In this document: in pieces, positions 17,427 to 26,404 of the stretch
How positions within the stretch are numbered: position 1 is the stretch's first letter
Layout: each line of letters opens with the position of its first letter
Assembly: GCA_031414595.1 (NCBI GenBank)
Contig: JANNVX010000033.1
Coordinates: 1 to 64,000 of the forward strand
Source: Deinococcales bacterium
GTDB taxonomy: Bacteria > Deinococcota > Deinococci > Deinococcales > JAAFIG01
Length of the DNA: 64,000 bases
Direction of reading: 5' to 3'
Made by a program: the position numbers and the translations under genes
Notes under the pieces: generated by a model
What the model was told of the DNA's origin: nothing
Databases searched by the model: none
Seen by the model: the letters and a program-made list of their open reading frames with translations, nothing else

Positions 17427-19931
17427 AAAACCAGCCTCAGCACTCGAGGCGAGCGTTTCGAGTTGCGTAATGTTCTTTGAAACCCGCAACACCGCCAAAC
17501 GCACCCGAGGGCGAGAATCTTCAAGCATAAAATCCATCTCAAAGTCTGGGTCAAGCACTGCCAAGGCTGATACCGCCGCCGCCGCTACCGATTCTCTTGG
17601 GTCGTCTAAAAATGGTCGCAAGACGGCAAACTGCCCACCGAGTTTAGCCAGAGTTTCCAGCGCTCGAGGTAACTGCGCTTCGGGTAGGGCTGCCAAGTGT
17701 GCCTCGAGCAACGCAGGAGTAAACACTATCCCTTGAGCCGCCGCCTCGAGCAATTCGGCTGCATTTTTGAAGGAATGTGCCATGTTTTTTTGTAGGGGAG
17801 ATGTCCGAAGGACAGAGGGGTCTCGCCCTGTGACTGATAATTTTGTTTGATTTTCTGATTTGGTTACGGATGTTTTAGGTGGGGAAATAACATTTTGGGG
17901 CAAGGGCGAGGCATGCCTCGCCCCTACGGTTTTTTGATTGGGTTGATGATGTCTCGAGACAATTTCTAATAAGACTTGACCGTACTTCTCGAGCATGACT
18001 TTACCAATGCCTTTGATGCTGGCTAGGTCGGCTAAACTTTTTGGCATGGTTTGGGCAATACTTTCTAGTACGGCATTACTAGCGATTAAAAAAGCACTGA
18101 TTCCCGAGGCTCGAGCAATTTCACGTCGCCAAGTCCAGAGGTCTTGTACCAGTGGTTCACTGGGTTCGGGTTTTTTTGTGGTGTCTCGAGTATCTGTTCG
18201 AGCCGAAGAAAAGACCAAATCTTCTTCTTTAGGAATTGCCTTTTTGACTTCTCGAGGTTCTGTTTTAACAGCGCTGACATTGCCATGCAGTATTCGCAAT
18301 TCGCCTTTTTCAATCATCTCGAGCATCACATCACGAATAACTTGCCGCCCAAAGCGTTTAAGATTGCCGTGCATCGGGTGCTTGTGTAGACCTTTACTTT
18401 CTATTGCCGAACTGCTCGAGCCGACCAACAGCGCGGTCACGTCGCGTGGTTCTAAGCTGTGGCTCGAGAGGAGTTTTTGCAGCCCAGCCTTAATAGATTC
18501 TTTTTGTGTCGGACTGGCGCGTTTTTGGCTTGCCACCACTGGGCGGATACTCAGGTCGCCAATGCTCGAGTCGCAAGCATCACAGCGTTTACAGGGCGGA
18601 ATTCGTTCACCAAAATGCCCAATTAAAAAAGCCCTGCGGCAGGCTCTGGTTTGGGCATAGCCGACCACTTTTTCTAAAGCCGTATCCTCGAATTTGCGCC
18701 TTCGGTACATGCTGCTAAAATCCACGGTCTTACGTGCATCCACCACCTGAAAAGCCCCACCAATAGCTTCTAGGTTGCCATTCTCGAGCAATAACTTGAC
18801 CGCCACGTTTATCGGGGTGGTGTCAAAACTCATTCGGGCAGCCACATCCGAAGCGCTGCCGGGCGTATTCTCGAGATTCTTAAGCACCGCTTGGACAACT
18901 TTTTCAGGTGGATAATTTTTCTCCATGATGCTTTTGCGGGTCATCAGGTCTTGTGGGGCATACAGCAGTGCCGCATGAGCAGGTTCACCGTCGCGTCCCG
19001 CCCGTCCAGCTTCTTGGTAATAGGCTTCGATGGTGCTGGGCAGCGAATAATGCACCACAAGGCGCACATCGGGTTTATCCACCCCCATGCCAAAGGCAAT
19101 CGTGGCACAAATGCAGTCAAGCTCACCACTTAAAAAAGCGTCTTGAACATCAGCACGGTCTTTGTCGGGCATCCCCGCGTGATATGCCCTTGTGCCGAGA
19201 ATATCGGCGATTTCCTCGGTGTTTTTACGGCTTAAACAATAAACAATACAAGCCCCCGGATGTTTAGCCCGCAGTGCATGAAGCGCCTCGAGTTTGGTGG
19301 CTTTGGTCGGGGTGTAATGGCTGCTAAAGGTCAGGTTCTGACGGTCAAAACTGCCAACTTGGATAAGCGGTTCGCGCAGCAGCACCCGAGCGATTTCTTC
19401 ACGGACTTTTGGTGTGGCGGTGGCAGTTAAAGCCAAACGCGGCGCACGTATACCTTCGAGTAAACTGCCTAGACTTAAATAATCTGGGCGAAAATCATGC
19501 CCCCACTGGCTAACACAATGGGCTTCGTCCACCACCACAAGACTGGCTCGCTCGAGTAAGCCACGGCTGGCACGGGCGCGTTCTGGGGCGATATAAACCA
19601 GTTTGTACTCGCCGTTACGAATTCCAGCAAAACGCTGGCTGGCTTGGAGTTCGGTCATGCCACTGGCTAAATAGGTGGCTGGAATACCTTTTTTAGTCAG
19701 GGCATCCACTTGGTCTTTCATCAGGGCAATTAACGGACTAATCACCACGGTTGTTCCCTCGAGAAGTGAGGCAGGTAATTGATAGGTTAAAGACTTGCCA
19801 CCGCCAGTGGGCAGTACGGTTAGGGCATCACGTTTTTCTAAAACTGCTTCTATCGTCTCGAGTTGCAGCGTGCGAAAAGACGTGTGTCCAAAGCGTTTTA
19901 GGGCAGTAGAAATAGCGGCACTCGAAATCAC
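17382..19931 (-). CDS. recQ: RecQ-family ATP-dependent DNA helicase with RQC, HRDC and C-terminal HEAT-like repeats
   Basis: PTGGGKS, DEAHCVSQWGHDFRPDY, AFGMGVDKPDVR, QEAGRAGRDG, Zn-binding CRR..C..CDAC, HRDC (LWTWRREIAR...GIGK). Confidence 0.93.
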   Translation of the reverse strand: MISSAAISTALKRFGHTSFRTLQLETIEAVLEKRDALTVLPTGGGKSLTYQLPASLLEGTTVVISPLIALMKDQVDALTKKGIPATYLASGMTELQASQRFAGIRNGEYKLVYIAPERARASRGLLERASLVVVDEAHCVSQWGHDFRPDYLSLGSLLEGIRAPRLALTATATPKVREEIARVLLREPLIQVGSFDRQNLTFSSHYTPTKATKLEALHALRAKHPGACIVYCLSRKNTEEIADILGTRAYHAGMPDKDRADVQDAFLSGELDCICATIAFGMGVDKPDVRLVVHYSLPSTIEAYYQEAGRAGRDGEPAHAALLYAPQDLMTRKSIMEKNYPPEKVVQAVLKNLENTPGSASDVAARMSFDTTPINVAVKLLLENGNLEAIGGAFQVVDARKTVDFSSMYRRRKFEDTALEKVVGYAQTRACRRAFLIGHFGERIPPCKRCDACDSSIGDLSIRPVVASQKRASPTQKESIKAGLQKLLSSHSLEPRDVTALLVGSSSSAIESKGLHKHPMHGNLKRFGRQVIRDVMLEMIEKGELRILHGNVSAVKTEPREVKKAIPKEEDLVFSSARTDTRDTTKKPEPSEPLVQDLWTWRREIARASGISAFLIASNAVLESIAQTMPKSLADLASIKGIGKVMLEKYGQVLLEIVSRHHQPNQKTVGARHASPLPQNVISPPKTSVTKSENQTKLSVTGRDPSVLRTSPLQKNMAHSFKNAAELLEAAAQGIVFTPALLEAHLAALPEAQLPRALETLAKLGGQFAVLRPFLDDPRESVAAAAVSALAVLDPDFEMDFMLEDSRPRVRLAVLRVSKNITQLETLASSAEAGFLRVAARVRLWALQM
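17792..17927. repeat. Pair of inverted GTAG-type REP hairpins inside recQ
   Basis: GTAGGGGAGA...TCTCGCCCTGTGAC and GGGCGAGGCATGCCTCGCCCCTAC; shares CCCTGTGAC with the MITE copies. Confidence 0.75.
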
Positions 19932-20034
19932 AGTTTATATTACGTCAAAAACAGAGAAAATTGATAGGATTTTGTAGGCTCAATTCCTCATCTAGCTAGA
20001 AAGGCGCTCTCATACCCATACCCCAAACTAAAGC

Positions 20035-21285
20035 ATGAAAATAATTCAAGCTCTGCTGGTTGGACTTTTTTTCGCCTCAAAGACGCTTGCCAGCCCAGCT
20101 ACAGAACTATTTCGTGAAGCCAGTTTTTACATGAGTTTTCATTATCATGGGTACTCGAGTGTCAAACCCGAAGAACTGAGTAAAAGCCTAGGTAAGCAAC
20201 TCGAGGAAGCCTGTCAGCCCAAAGGTGAGGCTTGTGGTTTTAGCGATGCCCGCCCGTACATTGAACGATTCGCCCAAGGAATGCGTGATGGTCACACCTA
20301 TTATCTATCACCCAGCACCTACCGCACCACTTTAAGCCAATTTACTGGTATCAACCCTAACCCTAACCCGTTGTATGGCATGAGTTTTGGCAACCTCAAC
20401 TCGAGAAATGAAATTGCTGTGTTGGATGTCATCGCCGATGCACCCGCGTTTAAGGCTGGAATTCGCCCATTTGACCGCATTATTGGCGCAAATGGCAAAC
20501 GAGTTACTAACCTTGCCGATTTACGCAGCAGCTTAAACACCAATGCCCCTGTGCAACTCGAGATTTTACGCGGCGAAGCCACTAGCCCCGTGCGTTTTGA
20601 AACCAGTCTGCAACGCGCTCGACTCGAGAAAACCAATTTGCCATTCTTGTACCAACCACCAAATGCACCTGCGGGCGTGGTTGCCTTAAGAATCCCAACT
20701 TTTGTTGGCAGCAACGACATCGCCCCAAAAGTCCATGAATTGGTGGCGCAAGCCCAATCCCAAAATGCCAAAACCATAATTATAGATGTTCGCAACAACG
20801 GCGGCGGCGAGGAGACCGAATGTTATGGGGCTGCCAGTGCTTTTATCGGCAAGGCGGTCAACATCAATGAAACCCGTTTGGTCAGGGTCAATGTTGGTTT
20901 TGATGGTGGAACATTTATTGGCAATGACCCTAAAGACTTAGGTCGTTACGAGATTGCTAAACCTGCCTTGTGGACTGGCAGTGTTTCGGTGCTGGTCAAT
21001 TCTGGGACTGCCAGTTGCGGCGAATTACTGGCTTACCTGATTCAATATGCCAAACGTGGCATGGTGATTGGCGAAAGTACAGTTGGTGTTTTAGACACCG
21101 CCACCGAATTCTGGCAACTTGTCGACCAAAGCGCCCTTGCGATTACCTATGTCCGCACCCTCAACCCCGATGGCACTCGAGTACCCGAGCGCGTCACCCC
21201 AGACATCAGCGCTCGAGACGACCCCAACACGGCTTTTGAATCTGGACGCGACCCATTATTTGAACGGGCTTATAAATTGCCATAA
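20035..21285 (+). CDS. S41 family peptidase with PDZ domain
   Basis: Signal peptide, PAFKAGIRPFD PDZ, IDVRNNGGG, TASCGE. Confidence 0.85.
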   Translation: MKIIQALLVGLFFASKTLASPATELFREASFYMSFHYHGYSSVKPEELSKSLGKQLEEACQPKGEACGFSDARPYIERFAQGMRDGHTYYLSPSTYRTTLSQFTGINPNPNPLYGMSFGNLNSRNEIAVLDVIADAPAFKAGIRPFDRIIGANGKRVTNLADLRSSLNTNAPVQLEILRGEATSPVRFETSLQRARLEKTNLPFLYQPPNAPAGVVALRIPTFVGSNDIAPKVHELVAQAQSQNAKTIIIDVRNNGGGEETECYGAASAFIGKAVNINETRLVRVNVGFDGGTFIGNDPKDLGRYEIAKPALWTGSVSVLVNSGTASCGELLAYLIQYAKRGMVIGESTVGVLDTATEFWQLVDQSALAITYVRTLNPDGTRVPERVTPDISARDDPNTAFESGRDPLFERAYKLP

Positions 21286-21316
21286 AAAAACCCAACAGCC
21301 TAGGGCTGTTGGGTTG
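21284..21316. terminator. Terminator hairpin between convergent S41 gene and rpsT
   Basis: A7-CCCAACAGCC-TAG-GGCTGTTGGG. Confidence 0.8.
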
Positions 21317-21325
21317 AACCAAAAC

Positions 21326-21676
21326 TTAAGCGGCTGCGGCGACAACGGCGGCTTTGGAACGGTTAATGGCTTTAGCCAAACGGCTTTTTTTACGTGCGGC
21401 GGTGCGTTTGTGCATTACACTGCCCTTGGCAGCTTTGTCAATTAAACTTTCGGCGCGTTGGGTCAGGGTAACAGCTTCGGCTGCACCTTCGGTATTGGCG
21501 ACCAAGGCTTTTTTTACAAAAGTCTTGATTGTGCTTCTGACCGCACGGTTGGCGGTGCGGCGTTTAAGGCTTTGACGGTGACGCTTTTCTTGTGCCATAC
21601 CACGACGCTTAGATTTAACAACCTTGCGTTCCTTACGGGTCTTGGGCTTTTTGACTGCTGGTGCTGCTCCTGCCAT
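21326..21676 (-). CDS. rpsT: 30S ribosomal protein S20 with basic N-terminal extension
   Basis: [40 protein letters not shown] before ATG 21676. Confidence 0.95.
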   Translation of the reverse strand: MAGAAPAVKKPKTRKERKVVKSKRRGMAQEKRHRQSLKRRTANRAVRSTIKTFVKKALVANTEGAAEAVTLTQRAESLIDKAAKGSVMHKRTAARKKSRLAKAINRSKAAVVAAAA

Positions 21677-21843
21677 AATTACTCCTTCGCGCTTAAAAAA
21701 GCGGCGGACAAAAGATTGCCCGAAGCGAAATTTACCAAGTCTTAGCAAATCCGCACCCGAGGTGACTCGAGTACCACAAACTGGGTTTGACCAATTTGGG
21801 CTTGGGGAGCTTAGCATAAGAATGAAGACTTGTATACTGACTT

Positions 21844-22293
21844 ATGAATTACTGGCTCTTAAAAACCGAACCTGATGTTTTTTCCTACACCGACTTAGAA
21901 CGCCTTGGCTCGAGTCCGTGGGACGGAATACGCAATTACCAAGCCCGTAATCACTTACGAAGTATGAAATTAAATGATTTAGCCCTGATTTACCACAGCA
22001 GCACCAATCCACTCGGCATTGCTGGAATTGCCAGAATCATAGAAACTGCCCACCCAGACGAACTTCAATTTGACCCAGAAAGCCAGTATTTTGACCCCAA
22101 AAGCCCAAAAGAAAACCCACGTTGGAGTCAAGTTATTCTCGAGCCAGTGCGCCAACTGCCCTTTCTCGAGTTAAGTGTTTTACGTGCCGAACCAAAACTC
22201 GAAGGAATGCTGATTCTACGAAAAGGCAATAGGTTATCAGTCACACCAGTCGAAAAAAAGCATTACCAGCATATTTTAGCAATGGCAAAATAA
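21844..22293 (+). CDS. EVE domain protein
   Basis: YWLLKTEP, WDGIRNYQARN, RLSVTPV. Confidence 0.92.
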   Translation: MNYWLLKTEPDVFSYTDLERLGSSPWDGIRNYQARNHLRSMKLNDLALIYHSSTNPLGIAGIARIIETAHPDELQFDPESQYFDPKSPKENPRWSQVILEPVRQLPFLELSVLRAEPKLEGMLILRKGNRLSVTPVEKKHYQHILAMAK

Positions 22294-22294
22294 A

Positions 22295-22340
22295 CTTCGC
22301 CTTTTGCCTTTTGCCTTTTGCCTTTTGCCCTTTGACCTTT
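22295..22340. repeat. Heptamer tandem array (TTTTGCC)n
   Basis: About six imperfect copies directly after the EVE stop codon. Confidence 0.85.
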
Positions 22341-22367
22341 CCTACTTTTTCGCTTACGCTCTTAGCC

Positions 22368-22682
22368 ATGAGCCAAGCCATCTTAGAAAACCTAAGCAAC
22401 AAACTTACCCCAGAAATCAAAGCCGACCTAAATGCCGTGATTGGATTAGAATTTGATGGCGTGCCGTACACCTTCGATGCCCGCAAAGAAGGGACTGGCT
22501 TACTGGATGGCGCACCTGTTATCCACGGACTGACCCCACGCATCAGCATCAAAGCCTCGAGCAGTGACTTTGCTAAAATCATGAGCGGTGAACTGAACCC
22601 AATGATGGCTGCCATGACAGGTAAACTCAAAATAGAAGGCGACATGGGCTTTGCAATGCAACTCACCAAGTTGTTCGGTTAA
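22368..22682 (+). CDS. SCP2 sterol-binding domain protein
   Basis: GELNPMMAAMTGKLKIEGDM. Confidence 0.88.
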   Translation: MSQAILENLSNKLTPEIKADLNAVIGLEFDGVPYTFDARKEGTGLLDGAPVIHGLTPRISIKASSSDFAKIMSGELNPMMAAMTGKLKIEGDMGFAMQLTKLFG

Positions 22683-22685
22683 ACC

Positions 22686-23408
22686 ATGCTGATTTACGGA
22701 CGTAATCCCGTACTCGAAGCCCTGCAAAGTGGCGCGGTGACTCGAGTCTACGCGGCTAACGGCATCGAACGCGCTTTTGCTAAAGAACTCGAGCAATTGT
22801 GCCAAACCGCCGATATTGGCTTGGAATGGCATCCACGAATCGAACTTGACCAAGCGGTTCAAACCACCCAACACCAAGGTGTGGTGGCAGAAATCGAAGA
22901 AACCCAGTGGTCAGAACTCGAGGACTGTTTTGAACTTGCCCAAACTCGAGGTGAAGAACTGCTGTTGGTACTGCTCGATGGTATTACCGACCCGCACAAT
23001 TTTGGTGCAATCATCCGCAGCGCCGAGGTTCTTGGGGCGCATGGTGTGGTCGTCGAAGAACGCCGCAGCGCACCGTTAAGTCCAACCGTGGTTAAAGCCA
23101 GTGCGGGGGCAACAGCCCATTTGCCTTTGGTGCAAATCAAAAACCTACCGCGTTTAATAGATGAGTTAAAAGAACAAAATATTTGGGTTTATGGGGCTGC
23201 CGGCGAAGCCAAAAGTACAATTGCCAAACTTGATTTTAACCGCCCAATCGCTCTGGTTATCGGTTCAGAAGGCGATGGTTTACGCCGTTTGGTACGTGAA
23301 AAATGCGATGAGTTACTCAAAATCGAAACTCGAGGTAAAGTCCAATCCTTAAATGCCAGTGTTGCCGCCGCGATTCTGATTCACGAGATTGTCTCGAGGC
23401 GCATATGA
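22686..23408 (+). CDS. rlmB: 23S rRNA (guanosine-2'-O)-methyltransferase, TrmH family
   Basis: IYGRNPVLEAL, HQGVVA, DPHNFGAIIRSA, GSEGDG, SLNASVAA. Confidence 0.92.
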   Translation: MLIYGRNPVLEALQSGAVTRVYAANGIERAFAKELEQLCQTADIGLEWHPRIELDQAVQTTQHQGVVAEIEETQWSELEDCFELAQTRGEELLLVLLDGITDPHNFGAIIRSAEVLGAHGVVVEERRSAPLSPTVVKASAGATAHLPLVQIKNLPRLIDELKEQNIWVYGAAGEAKSTIAKLDFNRPIALVIGSEGDGLRRLVREKCDELLKIETRGKVQSLNASVAAAILIHEIVSRRI

Positions 23409-23914
23409 AATGGTTTGAGCGCAGCTTCCCAAGTAACACGCCAGCTTGGATGTACCCAAGTCTGCTCGAGCGCTTACGCGGCACACCCGCCCGACTCGAG
23501 GAACGTATGAAAAGCATCCCCAATTCGTATTACATTATTAAACTCGAGGATAAATGGTCAATTCAAGAAAACCTTGGGCATTTACTTGACCTCGAGCCAC
23601 TTTGGAGCAACCGGATAGATGATATTTTACTCGGACACGAAACACTCCGACCGACCGACCTTGCTAATAGTGCCACCGACCAAGCCAATCACAATGCCCA
23701 AGCAGTACAGGGTTTACTCGAGAAATTCCGTACCGCCCGAAGCGCTTTTGTTGCTAAACTCGAAGCCCTCGAGCCGACCCAATTTGATAAAACTGCACTT
23801 CACCCACGGTTAAATACACCTATGAGTATCTTGGATGTTATGTACTTTGTCGCCGAACATGACGACCATCACCTTGGGATGATGACAAGAATTCATAAAA
23901 AACTCGAGACTTAA
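23405..23914 (+). CDS. DinB family protein
   Basis: WSIQENLGHL, HDDHH metal-binding motif. Confidence 0.85.
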   Translation: MKWFERSFPSNTPAWMYPSLLERLRGTPARLEERMKSIPNSYYIIKLEDKWSIQENLGHLLDLEPLWSNRIDDILLGHETLRPTDLANSATDQANHNAQAVQGLLEKFRTARSAFVAKLEALEPTQFDKTALHPRLNTPMSILDVMYFVAEHDDHHLGMMTRIHKKLET

Positions 23915-23916
23915 GA

Positions 23917-24567
23917 TTACTTTGGTGCGTGACGTTTCTCGAGTTCGTGCTGCACATCGGTCAGGCTCACACCGACCTCTGCCATGACCCACATGGTATG
24001 AAACAATAAATCGGCAGCCTCGAGGGTCAGTTCGGCTTTATCGTGGTTCTTGGCGGCAATAATCACTTCGCCGGCTTCTTCGCCAATTTTTTTAAGGATT
24101 CGGTCTAAACCTTGGGCGTGTAGTTTAGAGACATAACTGCTTTCTGTTGGGTTTTCGATGCGGTCTAGGATGGTGGCGTAAACCTCGGCGGTAATACTGC
24201 CAAAACTCGAGATTGGCGCAGTTCCCTCGAGACTATTGTGAAAACACGAGTGCTGATTTGGCTGATGGCAGGCATCCCCGGTTTGCTCAACTGTGTACAG
24301 CACCGCATCACCGTCACAATCGAGCGTGACTGCTACAACTTTTTGCGTATGCCCAGACTCTTCGCCTTTGACCCAAAGCGCTTGGCGCGACCTCGAGAAG
24401 TATGTGCCGCGTTTGGTTAAAAGGGTCTGCTCGAGGGCTTGGCGGTTGGCGTAAGCAAGCATCAGTACACGCCCAGAAGCGGCTTCTTGGGCGATTACGG
24501 GGACTAAGCCGCTCGAGTCGAATGTGATGGAGTTGATGGAAAACGGAGCAGTAATATCTTTGGGCAT
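23917..24567 (-). CDS. hisIE: Bifunctional phosphoribosyl-AMP cyclohydrolase / phosphoribosyl-ATP pyrophosphatase
   Basis: [30 protein letters not shown]. Confidence 0.95.
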   Translation of the reverse strand: MPKDITAPFSINSITFDSSGLVPVIAQEAASGRVLMLAYANRQALEQTLLTKRGTYFSRSRQALWVKGEESGHTQKVVAVTLDCDGDAVLYTVEQTGDACHQPNQHSCFHNSLEGTAPISSFGSITAEVYATILDRIENPTESSYVSKLHAQGLDRILKKIGEEAGEVIIAAKNHDKAELTLEAADLLFHTMWVMAEVGVSLTDVQHELEKRHAPK

Positions 24568-24575
24568 GGTGTACC

Positions 24576-24612
24576 TTTTGGCTCTGAGTTTGAGCTATGA
24601 ACTATGAGGAGA
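24576..24612. repeat. Heptamer repeat arm (TGAGCTA-like), downstream of four-helix gene
   Basis: GGCTCTGAGTTTGAGCTATGAACTATGAGGAG; inverted relative to 24805-24837. Confidence 0.75.
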
Positions 24613-24616
24613 GGGT

Positions 24617-24799
24617 TTAAGTTTTCTCGAGAAAGTAATATCCTTCGGCGATATTAGCGGGAATTGAACTTGCAGCCCGACGAACCTGTGATGTAAGTCC
24701 ATACAGTTCTGACTTAGGGAAATCTCTTGTTATTTGATAAATTTCTAGTGTTAAATGATGTCCTTTTTGCCAAACGATTAACTCCTGAAAATCACGCAC
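24617..24799 (-). pseudogene. Truncated four-helix-bundle protein (23S rRNA IVP / Avd-like family)
   Basis: FQELIVWQK..FPKSELYGLTSQVRRAASSIPANIAEG, then stop at 60 aa (about half the usual length); SD AGGAGG + GTG. Confidence 0.8.
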
Positions 24800-24804
24800 A
24801 CGAC

Positions 24805-24837
24805 CTCCTCATAGCTCAAGACCCATAGCTCATAGCC
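24805..24837. repeat. Heptamer repeat arm (CATAGCT-like), upstream of four-helix gene
   Basis: CTCCTCATAGCTCAAGACCCATAGCTCATAGCC. Confidence 0.75.
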
Positions 24838-24838
24838 T

Positions 24839-25600
24839 TTATAACCTCACCGAAACCCCTCGAGAAGCCAAATACTCCTTGACCTCCCGCACCGAGTACG
24901 TTCCAAAATGAAAAACACTGGCTGCCAGTGCAGCATCGGCTTTTCCAACAGTCAGGACATCATAAAAATCCTCGAGCGTCCCAGCCCCACCCGAAGCCAC
25001 GATTGGCAAATCCACTTCGGCTTTGACCGCCGCGCATAACTCGAGGTCATAGCCTTTTTTTGTGCCATCACCATCAATGCTGTTCAGCACAATTTCCCCA
25101 GCCCCGAGGCTCTGCGCTCTTGCCGCCCACTCGAGCGCATCTAAGCCAGTCGGTTCACGTCCGCCTTTAATAAAGGTTTCCCAGCCCTTACCATTGGCGC
25201 GGCGCTTGACTTGCATACTTAAGACCACGCATTGACTGCCAAAATGCTCCGATGCGGCTCGTATCAGGTCTGGGTTTTTGACTGCACCTGTGTCTATGCT
25301 GACCTTGTCTGCTCCTGCCAAGGTCAATTTACGAAAATCCTCTAAAGTGGTCACGCCACCACCCACAGTTAAGGGCATAAAGATACTCTCGGCAACTTCT
25401 GTCAGCGTCTCGTAAATCAGTCCGCGTCCGTCTGAACTGGCGGTAATATCGTAGAACACCAGTTCATCCGCCGATTGCGCGTCATAACGCCTGCATAACT
25501 CGAGCGGGTCGCCAACATCGCGGACATTTTGATACTGCACGCCCCTTGTGACTTTTCCTTGGTCAATGTCGAGGCAGGGGATGATACGTTTATAAATCAC
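24839..25600 (-). CDS. hisF: Imidazole glycerol phosphate synthase cyclase subunit
   Basis: [42 protein letters not shown]. Confidence 0.96.
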   Translation of the reverse strand: MIYKRIIPCLDIDQGKVTRGVQYQNVRDVGDPLELCRRYDAQSADELVFYDITASSDGRGLIYETLTEVAESIFMPLTVGGGVTTLEDFRKLTLAGADKVSIDTGAVKNPDLIRAASEHFGSQCVVLSMQVKRRANGKGWETFIKGGREPTGLDALEWAARAQSLGAGEIVLNSIDGDGTKKGYDLELCAAVKAEVDLPIVASGGAGTLEDFYDVLTVGKADAALAASVFHFGTYSVREVKEYLASRGVSVRL

Positions 25601-25676
25601 GGGTCAATTCTAACAAGTCAATACGGTAATTTGCCTATCTGCTAAAAGCTAATTTAGGCGTATAATTCTGTTTAGC

Positions 25677-26333
25677 ATGAAACCAGATTCTAAGACACAT
25701 CTATCCATGACCAAACTCGAGTATCCTAAACATCAGATGTTTACCTCCAGTTCACAGTCAGGTCGCTATTCGGCTCGCGCCTTGAATGTGGGCGGTGGAG
25801 TGGTTGACTTGACCGCAGGGCTAAGGGCTGCCGCCGAGGACATTGTGGCTCGAGTCCCAGAACTTGGACATATAGACCTTGAACGGGTGCATTTTGCGGT
25901 CTTTTACTCGAGACACGCCAAACGAATCCTGACTTTTGCCCGTTGCTACCCTCTGCCAAGCGGAACTCGGAAACGTGGACGTTACACTTACCGACTCGAG
26001 ACAGTCAACACCGAGTACGGTAAAAAAGCCCGTTATATTGTTGCCTTTGCTTGGGAGCGTTTCTGGGGACTAAGCCCCCGAGACCGCCTCGAGACGCTTG
26101 TACACGAACTGTTTCATATCTCTCCAGCCTTTGATGGTACGTTGCGGCAATTTGGCGATAAGGTTCACGGCAGGGGGCTTGAATGGTTTGACACCATCGT
26201 TTATGCCCTGTCCGAACTCTATTTACCGCACGGCACGGAACTCGAGCATCAAGCGTTAAGCCTGGAATTAAAACCCGGACTTGAAGTGACTTTTAATAAA
26301 CTCAAACCCCCACGCTGGTTGGCAGAGCAGTAA
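25677..26333 (+). CDS. Putative zincin-like metallopeptidase
   Basis: LETLVHELFHISPAFDG HExxH motif. Confidence 0.7.
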   Translation: MKPDSKTHLSMTKLEYPKHQMFTSSSQSGRYSARALNVGGGVVDLTAGLRAAAEDIVARVPELGHIDLERVHFAVFYSRHAKRILTFARCYPLPSGTRKRGRYTYRLETVNTEYGKKARYIVAFAWERFWGLSPRDRLETLVHELFHISPAFDGTLRQFGDKVHGRGLEWFDTIVYALSELYLPHGTELEHQALSLELKPGLEVTFNKLKPPRWLAEQ

Positions 26334-26392
26334 AGGGCTATGGGCTATGAGTCTTGAGCTTTGAGGGTTTTGCCTTTTTCCCCTTTTCCCCT
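26334..26392. repeat. Composite heptamer array (TGAGCTA-like + TTTTSCC-like)
   Basis: Same two-block layout as the reverse complement of 2699-2765. Confidence 0.7.
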
Positions 26393-26404
26393 TAGACTGC
26401 TCTT

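Noticed and set aside
21677-21817. Longer 163-aa S20 start given in the ORF track
   Set aside because: A strong SD supports ATG 21676; the upstream part overlaps the divergent promoter region
24617-24799. Diversity-generating retroelement suggested by the Avd-like gene
   Set aside because: No reverse transcriptase and no TR/VR pair differing at adenines in the window
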